64,000 nt of DNA. It comes from Bryobacterales bacterium (GTDB lineage: Bacteria > Acidobacteriota > Terriglobia > Bryobacterales > UBA6623). Position 1 is the stretch's first letter. Every line of letters begins with the position of its first letter. Where the stretch lies: positions 32,001 to 96,000 of the forward strand of contig OY729427.2 in assembly GCA_963422375.2 (NCBI GenBank). The letters are read 5' to 3'. Both the position numbers and the translations under genes were made by a program. The notes beneath the pieces were generated by a model. That model saw only the letters and a list, made by a program, of their open reading frames with translations. It was not told where the DNA came from and ran no database searches. Positions 55,256 to 64,000 of the stretch are shown here, piece after piece.

Positions 55256-56650
55256 AGGAATTATATATCTGAGTGCCGGGGCAGCCGATTTGGAAAATTA
55301 TCAATCCATAAAGGAATTTGATATGTCTTCCGTATATCTGTTGACAGTCTGTGGAGTTTCTTGATAGAATAGTTGCAATATAGGAGGTCGTCATTGAAGA
55401 AGTCGAAGCAGAAAGGTCCCGGGAAGTGGTTTCGTAAAGGCATCACCTTGATCGAAGTGATTGCCATGTTCCCCGATGACGAATCCGCGGAAAAGTGGTT
55501 CGCCTCCGTGCGCTGGCCGGACGGTCCGGCATGCCCCCGCTGCCGCGGTTGCGGCAAGCGCTTTTCCGTGCGCGCCGGCAGCGTGATGGCCGACACCAAG
55601 CTCGGCTACCGCGTCCGGGCCATGGCCCTGTTCCTGCTGACCACCGGCCTCAAGGGCGTCTCCGGCATGAAGCTGCACCGCGACCCGGGCATCAGCCGGA
55701 AGTCAGCCCGGCACCTGGCGCACCGCATCCGCGCGTGCCGGGAGCGGGACCGGGACCTGCTCGTCGGCCCGGTGGAAGTGGACGAGACGTACGTCGGCGG
55801 CAAGGAGCGCAACAAGCACGAGAGCAAGAAGGCCCGCGCCGGGCGCGGGCCGGTCGGCAAGACCCCCGTGGCGGGCGCGCGGGACCGCGCCACGAACGCA
55901 GTGGCCGCCCGGCCGCTGCCGGGCACGACCGAGGGCGACCTGCAGGGCTTCGCGCGCGGCCGGGTCGCGCCGGGCGCGCAGGTCCGCTCCGACGAGGCGG
56001 CGGCCTGCGCCGGCATGGCGGAGTTCGCGCACGAGGGCGTCAAGCACTCCGGCGGCGAGTACGTGCGCGGGACAGCGCATGCGAACGGCATCGAGTCGTT
56101 CCGGTCCCTGTTCAAGCGCGGCTTCTACGGAACCTATCACCGGATGAGCGTCCGTCACTTGGGCCGCTACCTCACGGAGTTCGCGGGACGGTGCAACGCC
56201 CGCAACTGCGACACGGCGGAACGGATGCGGCGCATGGCGCGGGGCCCGGTCGGCCGGACGCTGACCTACCGGCAGCTGGTCGGCAAGGCCGCGGTCGCGG
56301 CCCGAGCACGGCCTGGCCGGTCCGCTGCGGCCTCTCTTCACGCTCAGTGCGAAGGGCGCTCCGGATCCGGAATCCCGCGCCGCGACCGGTGTCCAGCCCG
56401 GACGATTCATAGATGCAGCCGCCCTGGAAGGGGAGCCTCTCCACGGCAATCCGGGTTCCACCGGGGCGCCCGAGGCGGCCTCTCCGGTCCGTGCGTCGCG
56501 AGATCCGCTTGCAGGCGCAATTCAGATACGAACCGACCTTTCGGCGCCCACCTCGGCCGCACACGAAAGATCCGAGCTAGACGCCGACGTCCCCAAGCAG
56601 AGCAGTTCTAGCCGGATATGGCGTCGTCGGCACTCAGATATGTAATTCCC
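55256..56650 (+). mobile_element. IS1595 (ISNwi1-like), diverged copy
   Basis: Same TIR family; Zn-ribbon deletion between TGCCGCGG repeats; stop TGA->CGA relative to sibling copies; no TSD. Confidence 0.9.
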
Positions 56651-57010
56651 CAAATAATTCGGAGAAAATATAGTCAGGAGGTAGACCAGTCATCTTAAGT
56701 GGCTCATAACGGATACGAGGGGTTTGCTCTATTCGCTCGCCTAGGTCCGGGGAAGATCTTCATTTGAAATATGTTTCAACATAGCGTTCCCGTCGACGAC
56801 CCAGTTGAAGCAGCGGTGTAGTGTCTGCAGACAACGCGCTTCTTTCCATCTCTTCCACAGTCGGTGCCTTCAGCGGCACGTTCGTCGGGTCAGGATCTGT
56901 CCGCGCCAGCTGCTCAATCAGGTCCTGCAGGTCTTGCATCCCAATCGAATCGGGAGTGGACCGAGACAGCACGGGTCCGAAGATTGTTTCTCTTCTCGAG
57001 GAACGCATTA
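56651..57010 (-). pseudogene. ABC three-component-system-like C-terminal domain remnant
   Basis: DLQDLIEQLA..ALSAD..LLQLG..VETYFK*..PDLGERI..RY..L...GLPPDYIFSELF; similarity recalled from memory, not searched. Confidence 0.45.
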
Positions 57011-57353
57011 GTGAACAGAAGGCCGTAGATTGCACACTGTACGTCATCCAATACGTTGTTCCCATTGTCAACCTAGCACAGTCGGCCCAGATGCGCTTGC
57101 ACTGCGTTCTGGGACGCGCTCCACCGAAGGCGAACGGCCCCTCCCTGCCCAAACGCATCGCGATTCACGCGACCCCTCGAGAACCGAGCGAAGGTCCGAG
57201 AGAGCCTGTGCCCGTTGAGCGCTGTAACCCAGCCGCCTACGCAAGGCATGCCGATCGTAGGCGGCGGAGGCTTCCGCCGCGCCTGGCGAATGCTGGCCCC
57301 GGCGGACGGAGGCGCGCTAGCGCCCGGATCGACCCGGCGGCCAGCCGGGGACG

Positions 57354-60300
57354 CTAGGCTCCGTCCGCTTGCATCGCTGCCTGCTTGAGCACCCATTCGC
57401 GCAGGACACGGAAACCCTCGTCCTCGGGCTCGTAGCGCAGGCCTCCTTGGTGGCCCTCCTCCTGGCCCGTCTGAACGTTTAGGGGCTTGCGCAGCAGCAG
57501 GCTGCTCTCGGGCTCCGCGAGATCGACCCTCGCCTGCAGCTTGCGGTAATTCGCGAGCAGTTCCGCCGCCCCGATGTGACCGGCACTATCAGGCGCGTTC
57601 AGGTACAGCGTCGGGACACGCCCAGGCACTCCGTGGCACGAAATGCACGCCTTGTCGTCCCGGTCGCTGATTCTGTTCATCTCTGCGAACGCGTGGTCGC
57701 GGAAGTGCAGGATATCGGCTACGAACTCGTCGCTGGCCTCAAGTCGCCTGCCGGTGGATTCGGTGCGATCCGAGCTGCCGGAGGCGATCAGCTTGCGGAG
57801 TTCACTGCCGAACTGTGCTTCGTCGCTGGCCAGCAGGTTGTTCAAGCGCACCTGGATCGAAGGATCGGTCTCCCGCTGGACGTGAGCCGCGACCGCCTTG
57901 CGCACTTCGGGGTTGCGGCGCAGGGACGGCGAACCCGCTAGCTTCGCCGCGAACAGCCGGGTCTCCAAGGGGACGCCCGCGGAGAACCAATTCACGAACA
58001 TCTGCACCACCCGCGCCTTGGCGGCCATGATCGGGTCGATCACGTCAAGGCCCCGTTCGTCCTTGGTGAACAGGGTCTGCGGGCCCTCGCGGGGCGTTAG
58101 CTTGAGATAGTCCAGACCGAACTTGAACTCGGGCTCCGCCTCCGGATTCGTGCCGAGCATCTTCACCGTGAACAAGGCGCGTCCCTCCTCGAGGTTGAAG
58201 GCGCCCAGCGGCATAGGGCCCGTCGAGGTCATGTCGGGGCGAAAGAAGTCCACCTCTTCAAGCACCGGCTGCCCGCCGATCGACATCTCGACGGTCCCGT
58301 GGGACGCCCCGTAAAGGAACGCACCGAGCAGCTCGTAGCGACCCGCGGCGGGAACGTGCAGCGCGAAGGAGACGTGGGCGCCGACCTTGCCTTCTTCCCA
58401 AATCAACGCGCCGTTGTTGCTCGCGATCCCGCCGGAGATCATCTGCTCGGTCGTTCTCCCGAAAGTCAGTTCCGCCACTTCCAGCTCTTCCGCCTCCACC
58501 GCACCCTCGACCGCCTCTTCCACGGTCGCGTCTCCGTCGCGGAACGCGAGCATCCACTCCGTCGAGTCGAGCCACAGGCGCGGATCGCCGGCGAGTTGCT
58601 CGAACGCCTCCCTCCGATGCAGGCTGCGGTTCTCGCCGAGAATGCGCGCTACCAGCGGCGCATAGGCGTCCTCCGCCGGCTCGGCCCGGCTCGAGGGGGC
58701 CGGCTCGCCGGCAAGGCCGCGCGGCACGCCTTCGAGACTGGCACGCCCGCTGTCCTCCAGTCCCAGCAGGAGCCGGTAGAACGCCTCTTCCTGGGCCGCG
58801 TCGACTCCCTCGAAGTCCCACCGGACCCGCGCGAGAAAGTTCGCCACACCGTCGGCGTCCTTCCGCTGGCCGCGCCGAGAGAACTGGCGCATGACCCGCA
58901 GCAGCGGTTCCAGTGACTCGCGCCGAGCCGGCAGCGAGAGCTCGCCGGGGTTGGACAACGCCCTCGCCGCAATCGCGACGCTAGCGGGATCCGCTGCCAG
59001 CAGCAAGCCTAGGATTGCGTCCTGCAGGGGCTTGTGCGTGATGTTCCGCGCACCCTCCAGCGCGATGGTCTTCCACGGAATCGGGCCGTCCGTCTCGTTG
59101 CGGTAAATGGACAGCACGGCCTTGCCGTAGAGCTCGGTCGCCCCCGGCGTGCTGTAGGCGAACTGCCCGGGGCTCTGCTGATTCGCCCGCTCCATGTAGT
59201 GGGACGCCGCCATCGCGACCAAGCGGCGGTCGAGCCGCCTCCTGTCTGCGGGAGGGGCTCCCTCGCGCCACCCGTCCAGATCACGGTAGAGATCGGAGAG
59301 TTCCGTGTACTGCTGGTCCAAGTACTTCCCGCCGGTGATGTTGTTGACCTGGCCGTTCACCACGAACAGGGAGATCGTCGAGTAGCGCAGGGCCATCTCG
59401 ACATGCGCCTCCTTCTCGTCGCGCAGCAGCGCGTCCATCCAAGCGCGGCTGATGGGCTCGCGCATAGGCGGGTTCCAGACCCACCAGTGCCACGCGGCCT
59501 TGAAGGCGTACGCCCGCACGCCGGGATGGGAATCCACCATGCCGGCCGTCAGCAGCGCCGCCAGCTCGGACAGGTCGACGTCCACGCCGCTGCCGGGGAG
59601 GTGGGCTCGCGTGACCAACGCCTGCAGGACCGACTGCCGCGTCCGGTCGCTGCCTTCGCGGAAGGCCGGGAAAACGGCGTCCCATCCGACCCCATCCAGC
59701 AGCAGCTGGCGCAGCGACCAGAACGCGGCTTCGCGGCAGCTCTTCACCGGGTCGTCGAGGTGCTCGACCAAGGTCGGCACGGCCTCGCGCACCAGCGCGC
59801 CGCCGAGGCCGAGAAGGCCGTAGAGGCGGATCTGGGGCCGCGGGCTCCGGGCCGCCTCGATCAGCAGGCTCGCATGTCGGCTGTCGCCGCGCGCCTGGGC
59901 GGCACGGACCTTCGCGAGCGCGGCCAAGAAAGGGTCTTCATCAGCCAGCGTGACAGGCGAATCGTCGGGAGCGGGCTGGATCGGATGCAGGCGGCTGAGG
60001 GCGCGGATGGCGTAGGCGCTGGTCACGAACCCGGTGGCGGCCGCGGCGTTCCAGAGACCGTAGGGGTACTGGTTCCGCAGCATCCAGCGCACCCCGTCGG
60101 CGACGACCGGGTCGTCGGCGCGCCTGCCGGCGGCCTCGAGTGCGATCAGCGCCACGGCCGTCGCGGCCGGGTAGCTGTGGTCGTCCGGCGGCCGTAGCCA
60201 CTTCCCGGCGGGACCGGAGCGGCCGGGGTCAAAGCCCCATCCGCCGTCGTCGCGCTGCAGCACCAGCAGGCGCTGCAGGTCGAGCGCCGCACGTTCCCGA

Positions 60301-62156
60301 AGGCCTTCGTGCAGGATCTCCGCTTGCGCCACGCGTCTCGGGGAATTTGTGAGCTTGCGGACCTGGTCCACGTAGTCGCCGGGCCAGATCCTGTGGAAGA
60401 ACTCGATGCGGTGCCCGTAGTCGTCCGTGACCCGGATCTCGTCTCCAGTAGCTAGGATTTTGCGGCCCTTCTCCTCGAGACCGAAGAAGTAGCGCGGCTC
60501 GCCCGTGTCGCGCCAGGCGCGCTCGAGAATCTCGGCGGCGAACTTGAAGACCACGTTCGGCCCGAAGTTCGAGCCGCGCCCCGCGGCGTTGATCCCTTTC
60601 GGGTCCGCAGTCTGCAGAACGTAGTTGGCGGTGCGCCGTTGCCACTGCGCATGCAGCCGCTTGGGCCGGAATGAGCGCTCGTGCAGGACGATGTTGCGGC
60701 CCGCGACCCGCGTCCCGGCCGGCCCGTCGCCCAGGTCGTTGGGAGCGACGCTGGTGTTCACCGCGGCGTCTTCGAGCTCGTTGGTCAGCCGCAGCGATTC
60801 GTACATCGTGTTGACGAGACGGCGGTAGTTCTGCTCGACGCCCGCGGGGCCGTAGCCGCTGCGGAAGGCGTCGGCCACGCCCCAGATCCCGCTCTGGGTG
60901 TGGCAGCTCATGCAGTTCTCGCCGAAGAGGGCCGTGGCGTCGCGCACGCGCCGGTGCAGGGCGATGTTGCGCGGGCGGTGGATGAGCCAAGCGTCGATCT
61001 CGGCCAAGTGGTAATAGACGCCCTGCTTGACCGCCTTGACCGGATCGTCGTACGGAGCGGGGTCGAACAGCCGGACCTGCAGCTCGTAGTGCGGCTGGTT
61101 GGCCTCGACGCGCAGGTAGTAGGTCTCGCCCGGCTCGACCCTGCGGGTGACGAAGGTGCGGAAGGAGCGGTCCTGCTGGTGGGCGCGCTCGTTGAGAGCG
61201 CGGCCCTCCTCGTAGGTGTAGACGGGCACCGGGCCGGGCACGACCGTGGCCGGCGGATGCACGTAGGGGACCGGGTTGAAGTTGGCGAAGTCGTAGCTGT
61301 TCGGCAGCTTGCGCTCCCGCAGCTCCTCCTCGCTGGGCTCGCCTTCCTTGTAGAAGCGAATCCGGGAGCTCACCACGGGCTCGACCAGCTGCAGGTTGGC
61401 GCTGAGGAACCTCGGCACGCTGCCCGCGTATTCGATGCGGTACCAGTCGTCGGGCGCCTGGCCAGTGCGCGTGTTGTTGTAGTACTCGATGTCGTCCGAG
61501 CCGCCGACGACGTACAGGACGCCCTCGCCACCGGCATCGGAGAACTCGAGGGGGACCGCCTGCTCGGGGGCATTGTTCGGCTCGGCCTCGAGGACCAGCG
61601 AGCCGCTCGCCAAGGATTCGAGCGGCGACACCTCGACTCGTATTCCGACCGATTCGACGGCAGGAGTGATCGTCGGCAGGGGGGTGGCAAGCGGGGCCAG
61701 CCCGGTGTCGTGGGGGACCTCGCCCACCGGTTGCGGGCGATTCTCGACCGTCCGGAGCCGCAAGGCGTACTCGCCGTCCACGGGCGCCCGGTAGACCAAG
61801 TAGAGATCCGGGTCGAGCGCATGCAGCGTCTTGAACCAGTCGGACGTGGCCGCGATGCCCGGCTCGCCGCGGTCCCCCTCGAAGGCGAGGCCGGGCAGGT
61901 CGGGGCCGTCCCAAGTCGCCTCGATGCGGGCGTTGGGCAGAAGCGCCGACGGGCGCTCGATGCGGACGCCGATCTCCAAGGCGTCGCCTGCGGCGAGCGA
62001 CCAGGAGCGGCTCCAAGCGCCGTCGAAAAAGACCGTCTCGCCCGGCTCCTCGACGGCGGCGAGCGCCGGGCGAAGGCTGGGCAGCAGGCACAAGCCGAGG
62101 AGCCATGCAGGGACGAGGGGCGCGGCCCACCCTCGCGGCAGCATCATTCGTCGCAT
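57354..62156 (-). CDS. 1600-aa secreted multidomain protein (2 CxxCH, prenyltransferase-like repeats, HEAT)
   Basis: Signal peptide, EAEPNN, CMSCH, QRDDGGW/QYPYGLW, HEAT-like helices, C-terminal CISCH..SLLLRKP. Confidence 0.85.
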   Translation of the reverse strand: MRRMMLPRGWAAPLVPAWLLGLCLLPSLRPALAAVEEPGETVFFDGAWSRSWSLAAGDALEIGVRIERPSALLPNARIEATWDGPDLPGLAFEGDRGEPGIAATSDWFKTLHALDPDLYLVYRAPVDGEYALRLRTVENRPQPVGEVPHDTGLAPLATPLPTITPAVESVGIRVEVSPLESLASGSLVLEAEPNNAPEQAVPLEFSDAGGEGVLYVVGGSDDIEYYNNTRTGQAPDDWYRIEYAGSVPRFLSANLQLVEPVVSSRIRFYKEGEPSEEELRERKLPNSYDFANFNPVPYVHPPATVVPGPVPVYTYEEGRALNERAHQQDRSFRTFVTRRVEPGETYYLRVEANQPHYELQVRLFDPAPYDDPVKAVKQGVYYHLAEIDAWLIHRPRNIALHRRVRDATALFGENCMSCHTQSGIWGVADAFRSGYGPAGVEQNYRRLVNTMYESLRLTNELEDAAVNTSVAPNDLGDGPAGTRVAGRNIVLHERSFRPKRLHAQWQRRTANYVLQTADPKGINAAGRGSNFGPNVVFKFAAEILERAWRDTGEPRYFFGLEEKGRKILATGDEIRVTDDYGHRIEFFHRIWPGDYVDQVRKLTNSPRRVAQAEILHEGLRERAALDLQRLLVLQRDDGGWGFDPGRSGPAGKWLRPPDDHSYPAATAVALIALEAAGRRADDPVVADGVRWMLRNQYPYGLWNAAAATGFVTSAYAIRALSRLHPIQPAPDDSPVTLADEDPFLAALAKVRAAQARGDSRHASLLIEAARSPRPQIRLYGLLGLGGALVREAVPTLVEHLDDPVKSCREAAFWSLRQLLLDGVGWDAVFPAFREGSDRTRQSVLQALVTRAHLPGSGVDVDLSELAALLTAGMVDSHPGVRAYAFKAAWHWWVWNPPMREPISRAWMDALLRDEKEAHVEMALRYSTISLFVVNGQVNNITGGKYLDQQYTELSDLYRDLDGWREGAPPADRRRLDRRLVAMAASHYMERANQQSPGQFAYSTPGATELYGKAVLSIYRNETDGPIPWKTIALEGARNITHKPLQDAILGLLLAADPASVAIAARALSNPGELSLPARRESLEPLLRVMRQFSRRGQRKDADGVANFLARVRWDFEGVDAAQEEAFYRLLLGLEDSGRASLEGVPRGLAGEPAPSSRAEPAEDAYAPLVARILGENRSLHRREAFEQLAGDPRLWLDSTEWMLAFRDGDATVEEAVEGAVEAEELEVAELTFGRTTEQMISGGIASNNGALIWEEGKVGAHVSFALHVPAAGRYELLGAFLYGASHGTVEMSIGGQPVLEEVDFFRPDMTSTGPMPLGAFNLEEGRALFTVKMLGTNPEAEPEFKFGLDYLKLTPREGPQTLFTKDERGLDVIDPIMAAKARVVQMFVNWFSAGVPLETRLFAAKLAGSPSLRRNPEVRKAVAAHVQRETDPSIQVRLNNLLASDEAQFGSELRKLIASGSSDRTESTGRRLEASDEFVADILHFRDHAFAEMNRISDRDDKACISCHGVPGRVPTLYLNAPDSAGHIGAAELLANYRKLQARVDLAEPESSLLLRKPLNVQTGQEEGHQGGLRYEPEDEGFRVLREWVLKQAAMQADGA

Positions 62157-62321
62157 CAGACTGGCTGCATTCTATTACGGATGGGGGGGTGCCGGAACAG
62201 GAATCCGTCTCCGCGCGACCGGCCGCACTCTCACCGAGCTCCCATGCCCGCGATGCGCGACGGGGCCGGCGGTGCAGTGCTCCCGGCGGCGGCCGACGCG
62301 TGCGCTAGACTTGCTCGCGCT

Positions 62322-64000
62322 ATGACCGTCCGACTCATCGCCGCCTTCGCCGCGTTCAGCCTGCTAGCCCACGCACGCGTCGACGAGAACGTCGTCTACG
62401 CGATGCGGGGCGGCCTCGCGATGCTGATGGACGTGCATTACCCGGAGCGGTCGAACGGTTTCGGGATCGTGTTCATCCCCGGCAGCGGCTGGCACGCGCC
62501 TATGAGATACGACGCAGCGCCCCTCAAGGCGTCGGGCTTCGCGAGGCTCTACGTTCCGCCCTTGACGGAGGCCGGTTTCACGGTCTTCGTCATCAATCAC
62601 CGGGCCGCGCCTCGGTACGGCTACCCGCTGCCGCTGGAGGACGCCCAGCGCGCCGTGCGCTTCGTGCGCCGGCACGCCGCCCGCTTCGGCATCGAGGCCG
62701 CGCGCGTCGGCGGCGTGGGAGGCTCGTCAGGCGGGCACCTGATCAGCATGCTCGGGGTTCTCGACGGCGATGGCCGCAGCTCCGACCCGGATCCCGTGGA
62801 GCGCGAGAGCGCGAAGCTGCAGGCCGTTCTGGCCCGGGCCGCTCCCACGGATCTGACCCGTTTCGTCGGTCGCTTCTCGAGCGCTTCGTTGTCCTCGCTG
62901 CTGGGGCTGCGACTCGGCGGGCGCGATGGCCCGGCGAGCCTCGAGTACCGCACGTACCGGCGGGCTTCGCCGGCGGCATACGTCACGCCGGACGATCCGC
63001 CGTTCCTCCTGCTGCACGGCACGGCGGACGACCGCGTGCCGTACCACCAGTCCGTGGACTTCGCCGCCCGGCTCGCGGCGGACGGCATCGAGGCGGAGCT
63101 GATGACAATTGATGGCGGCGGGCACGGACCGTCCTTCGGGGGGGCCGAGAGCCCGCCGGACTACCTGGGCGCGATGGTGCGCTTCTTCAACGCCAAGCTG
63201 TCCGGCGGTGCGGCCGCGGGCAGGAAGCCGCCAGAGCTTTTCGCGCGCGACGAGCGCGACGAGCGCGACGTCCCGTTCGGCATGGTTTCCGGCGGGGCGC
63301 TGCTGATGGACGTCTACCGCCCGGAGAGCCCCAACGGGTACGGAATCGTCCATATCACGGGCAGTGGCTGGCATTCCCCGCTCGCGGCGAACGCCGCGCA
63401 GCAGAAGGCCAGCAGGCAGGTCGAGGTCTTCGGCCTGCCGCTAGTCCGGGCCGGCTACACGGTCTTCGCGGTGAACCACCGCACGGCACCGCTGAACAAG
63501 TACCCCGCGCAGCTGGAGGATGTCGAGCGCGCCGTGCGGTACGTGCGGCATCACGCCAAGCGCTGGGGCATCTCGGCCGAGCGGATCGGCGGGGTCGGCG
63601 GCTCGTCCGGAGGCCACCTCACGCTGATGCTCGGGCTGCGACCGTCGCCCGGCGAGGCGGGCGACGCGGACCCCGTGAACCGCGAGAGCGCCCGGCTGCA
63701 GGCCATCGTGCCTTGGGCGCCGCCGACGGATCTCGCGCTGGCCAACGGAATGTACGGAAGCGGCACGTTCGCGTCGCTGTTCGGGATGCGCCTGCTGGCG
63801 CGCGATCCCGAGACCTCGCCGCAGTTCCGGGCCATGCACGAGGCGTCGCCGATCCATCACGTGTCGGCCGACGCCCCGCCGACGCTGCTGATTCACGGGG
63901 ACGCGGACGCGGTCGTTCCCATGGAGCATGCCGAGATGCTGGCGAAAGCGATGAAGGCGACGGGCGCGACGACGGAGGTGCTGGTCATCCCCGGCGGCGG
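62322..64000 (+). CDS. Tandem-domain alpha/beta hydrolase (BD-FAE-like); runs off the window end
   Basis: Absent from the ORF track because no stop lies in the window; two domains, each with GSGWH, GGSSGGHL and HG..D..VP. Confidence 0.88.
   Translation, partial: MTVRLIAAFAAFSLLAHARVDENVVYAMRGGLAMLMDVHYPERSNGFGIVFIPGSGWHAPMRYDAAPLKASGFARLYVPPLTEAGFTVFVINHRAAPRYGYPLPLEDAQRAVRFVRRHAARFGIEAARVGGVGGSSGGHLISMLGVLDGDGRSSDPDPVERESAKLQAVLARAAPTDLTRFVGRFSSASLSSLLGLRLGGRDGPASLEYRTYRRASPAAYVTPDDPPFLLLHGTADDRVPYHQSVDFAARLAADGIEAELMTIDGGGHGPSFGGAESPPDYLGAMVRFFNAKLSGGAAAGRKPPELFARDERDERDVPFGMVSGGALLMDVYRPESPNGYGIVHITGSGWHSPLAANAAQQKASRQVEVFGLPLVRAGYTVFAVNHRTAPLNKYPAQLEDVERAVRYVRHHAKRWGISAERIGGVGGSSGGHLTLMLGLRPSPGEAGDADPVNRESARLQAIVPWAPPTDLALANGMYGSGTFASLFGMRLLARDPETSPQFRAMHEASPIHHVSADAPPTLLIHGDADAVVPMEHAEMLAKAMKATGATTEVLVIPGG

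Noticed and set aside
6110..56650. Diversity-generating retroelement as the cause of the A>G/T>C changes
   Set aside because: No reverse transcriptase or TR/VR pair; the changes occur on both strands and converge on one motif.
1..64000. CRISPR array, tRNA or rRNA genes
   Set aside because: No repeat-spacer periodicity or tRNA/rRNA signature seen by eye.

Overview
GC-rich bacterial window. Gene content suggests Acidobacteriota (Bryobacterales-like), possibly a host-associated lineage undergoing genome erosion (inference). Apparently intact host genes: an Oar-type TonB receptor, a di-heme cytochrome c/PQQ dehydrogenase pair, two sulfatases, PSD/DUF1501/DUF1552 modules, NHL, VOC and alpha/beta hydrolases, a tandem NIPSNAP-like protein and a 1600-aa heme/HEAT/prenyltransferase-repeat protein. 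About a quarter of the window is IS DNA from five element types plus a 255-bp MITE; ends and several target-site duplications (TSDs) can be read directly. Main observations: (1) an ISDol1-like element and its MITE insert at TAWWTA, 3 of 4 times inside IS1595 terminal repeats, building a four-level nested stack at 41190-47426; (2) an 8.5-kb composite transposon carrying a Uma2 gene splits a PVC-type heme dehydrogenase gene; (3) IS copies show recurrent context-specific CTGG/CCAG->CCGG substitutions (L->P, W->R, Q->R); (4) a frameshifted ISNCY allele appears to have kept spreading; (5) several heavily decayed ghost paralogs and defence-gene relics (C5 MTase operon, DUF3320-like helicase, ABC-3C-like) are present. 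No rRNA, tRNA or CRISPR array was seen. Family names are from motif recognition, not database searches.
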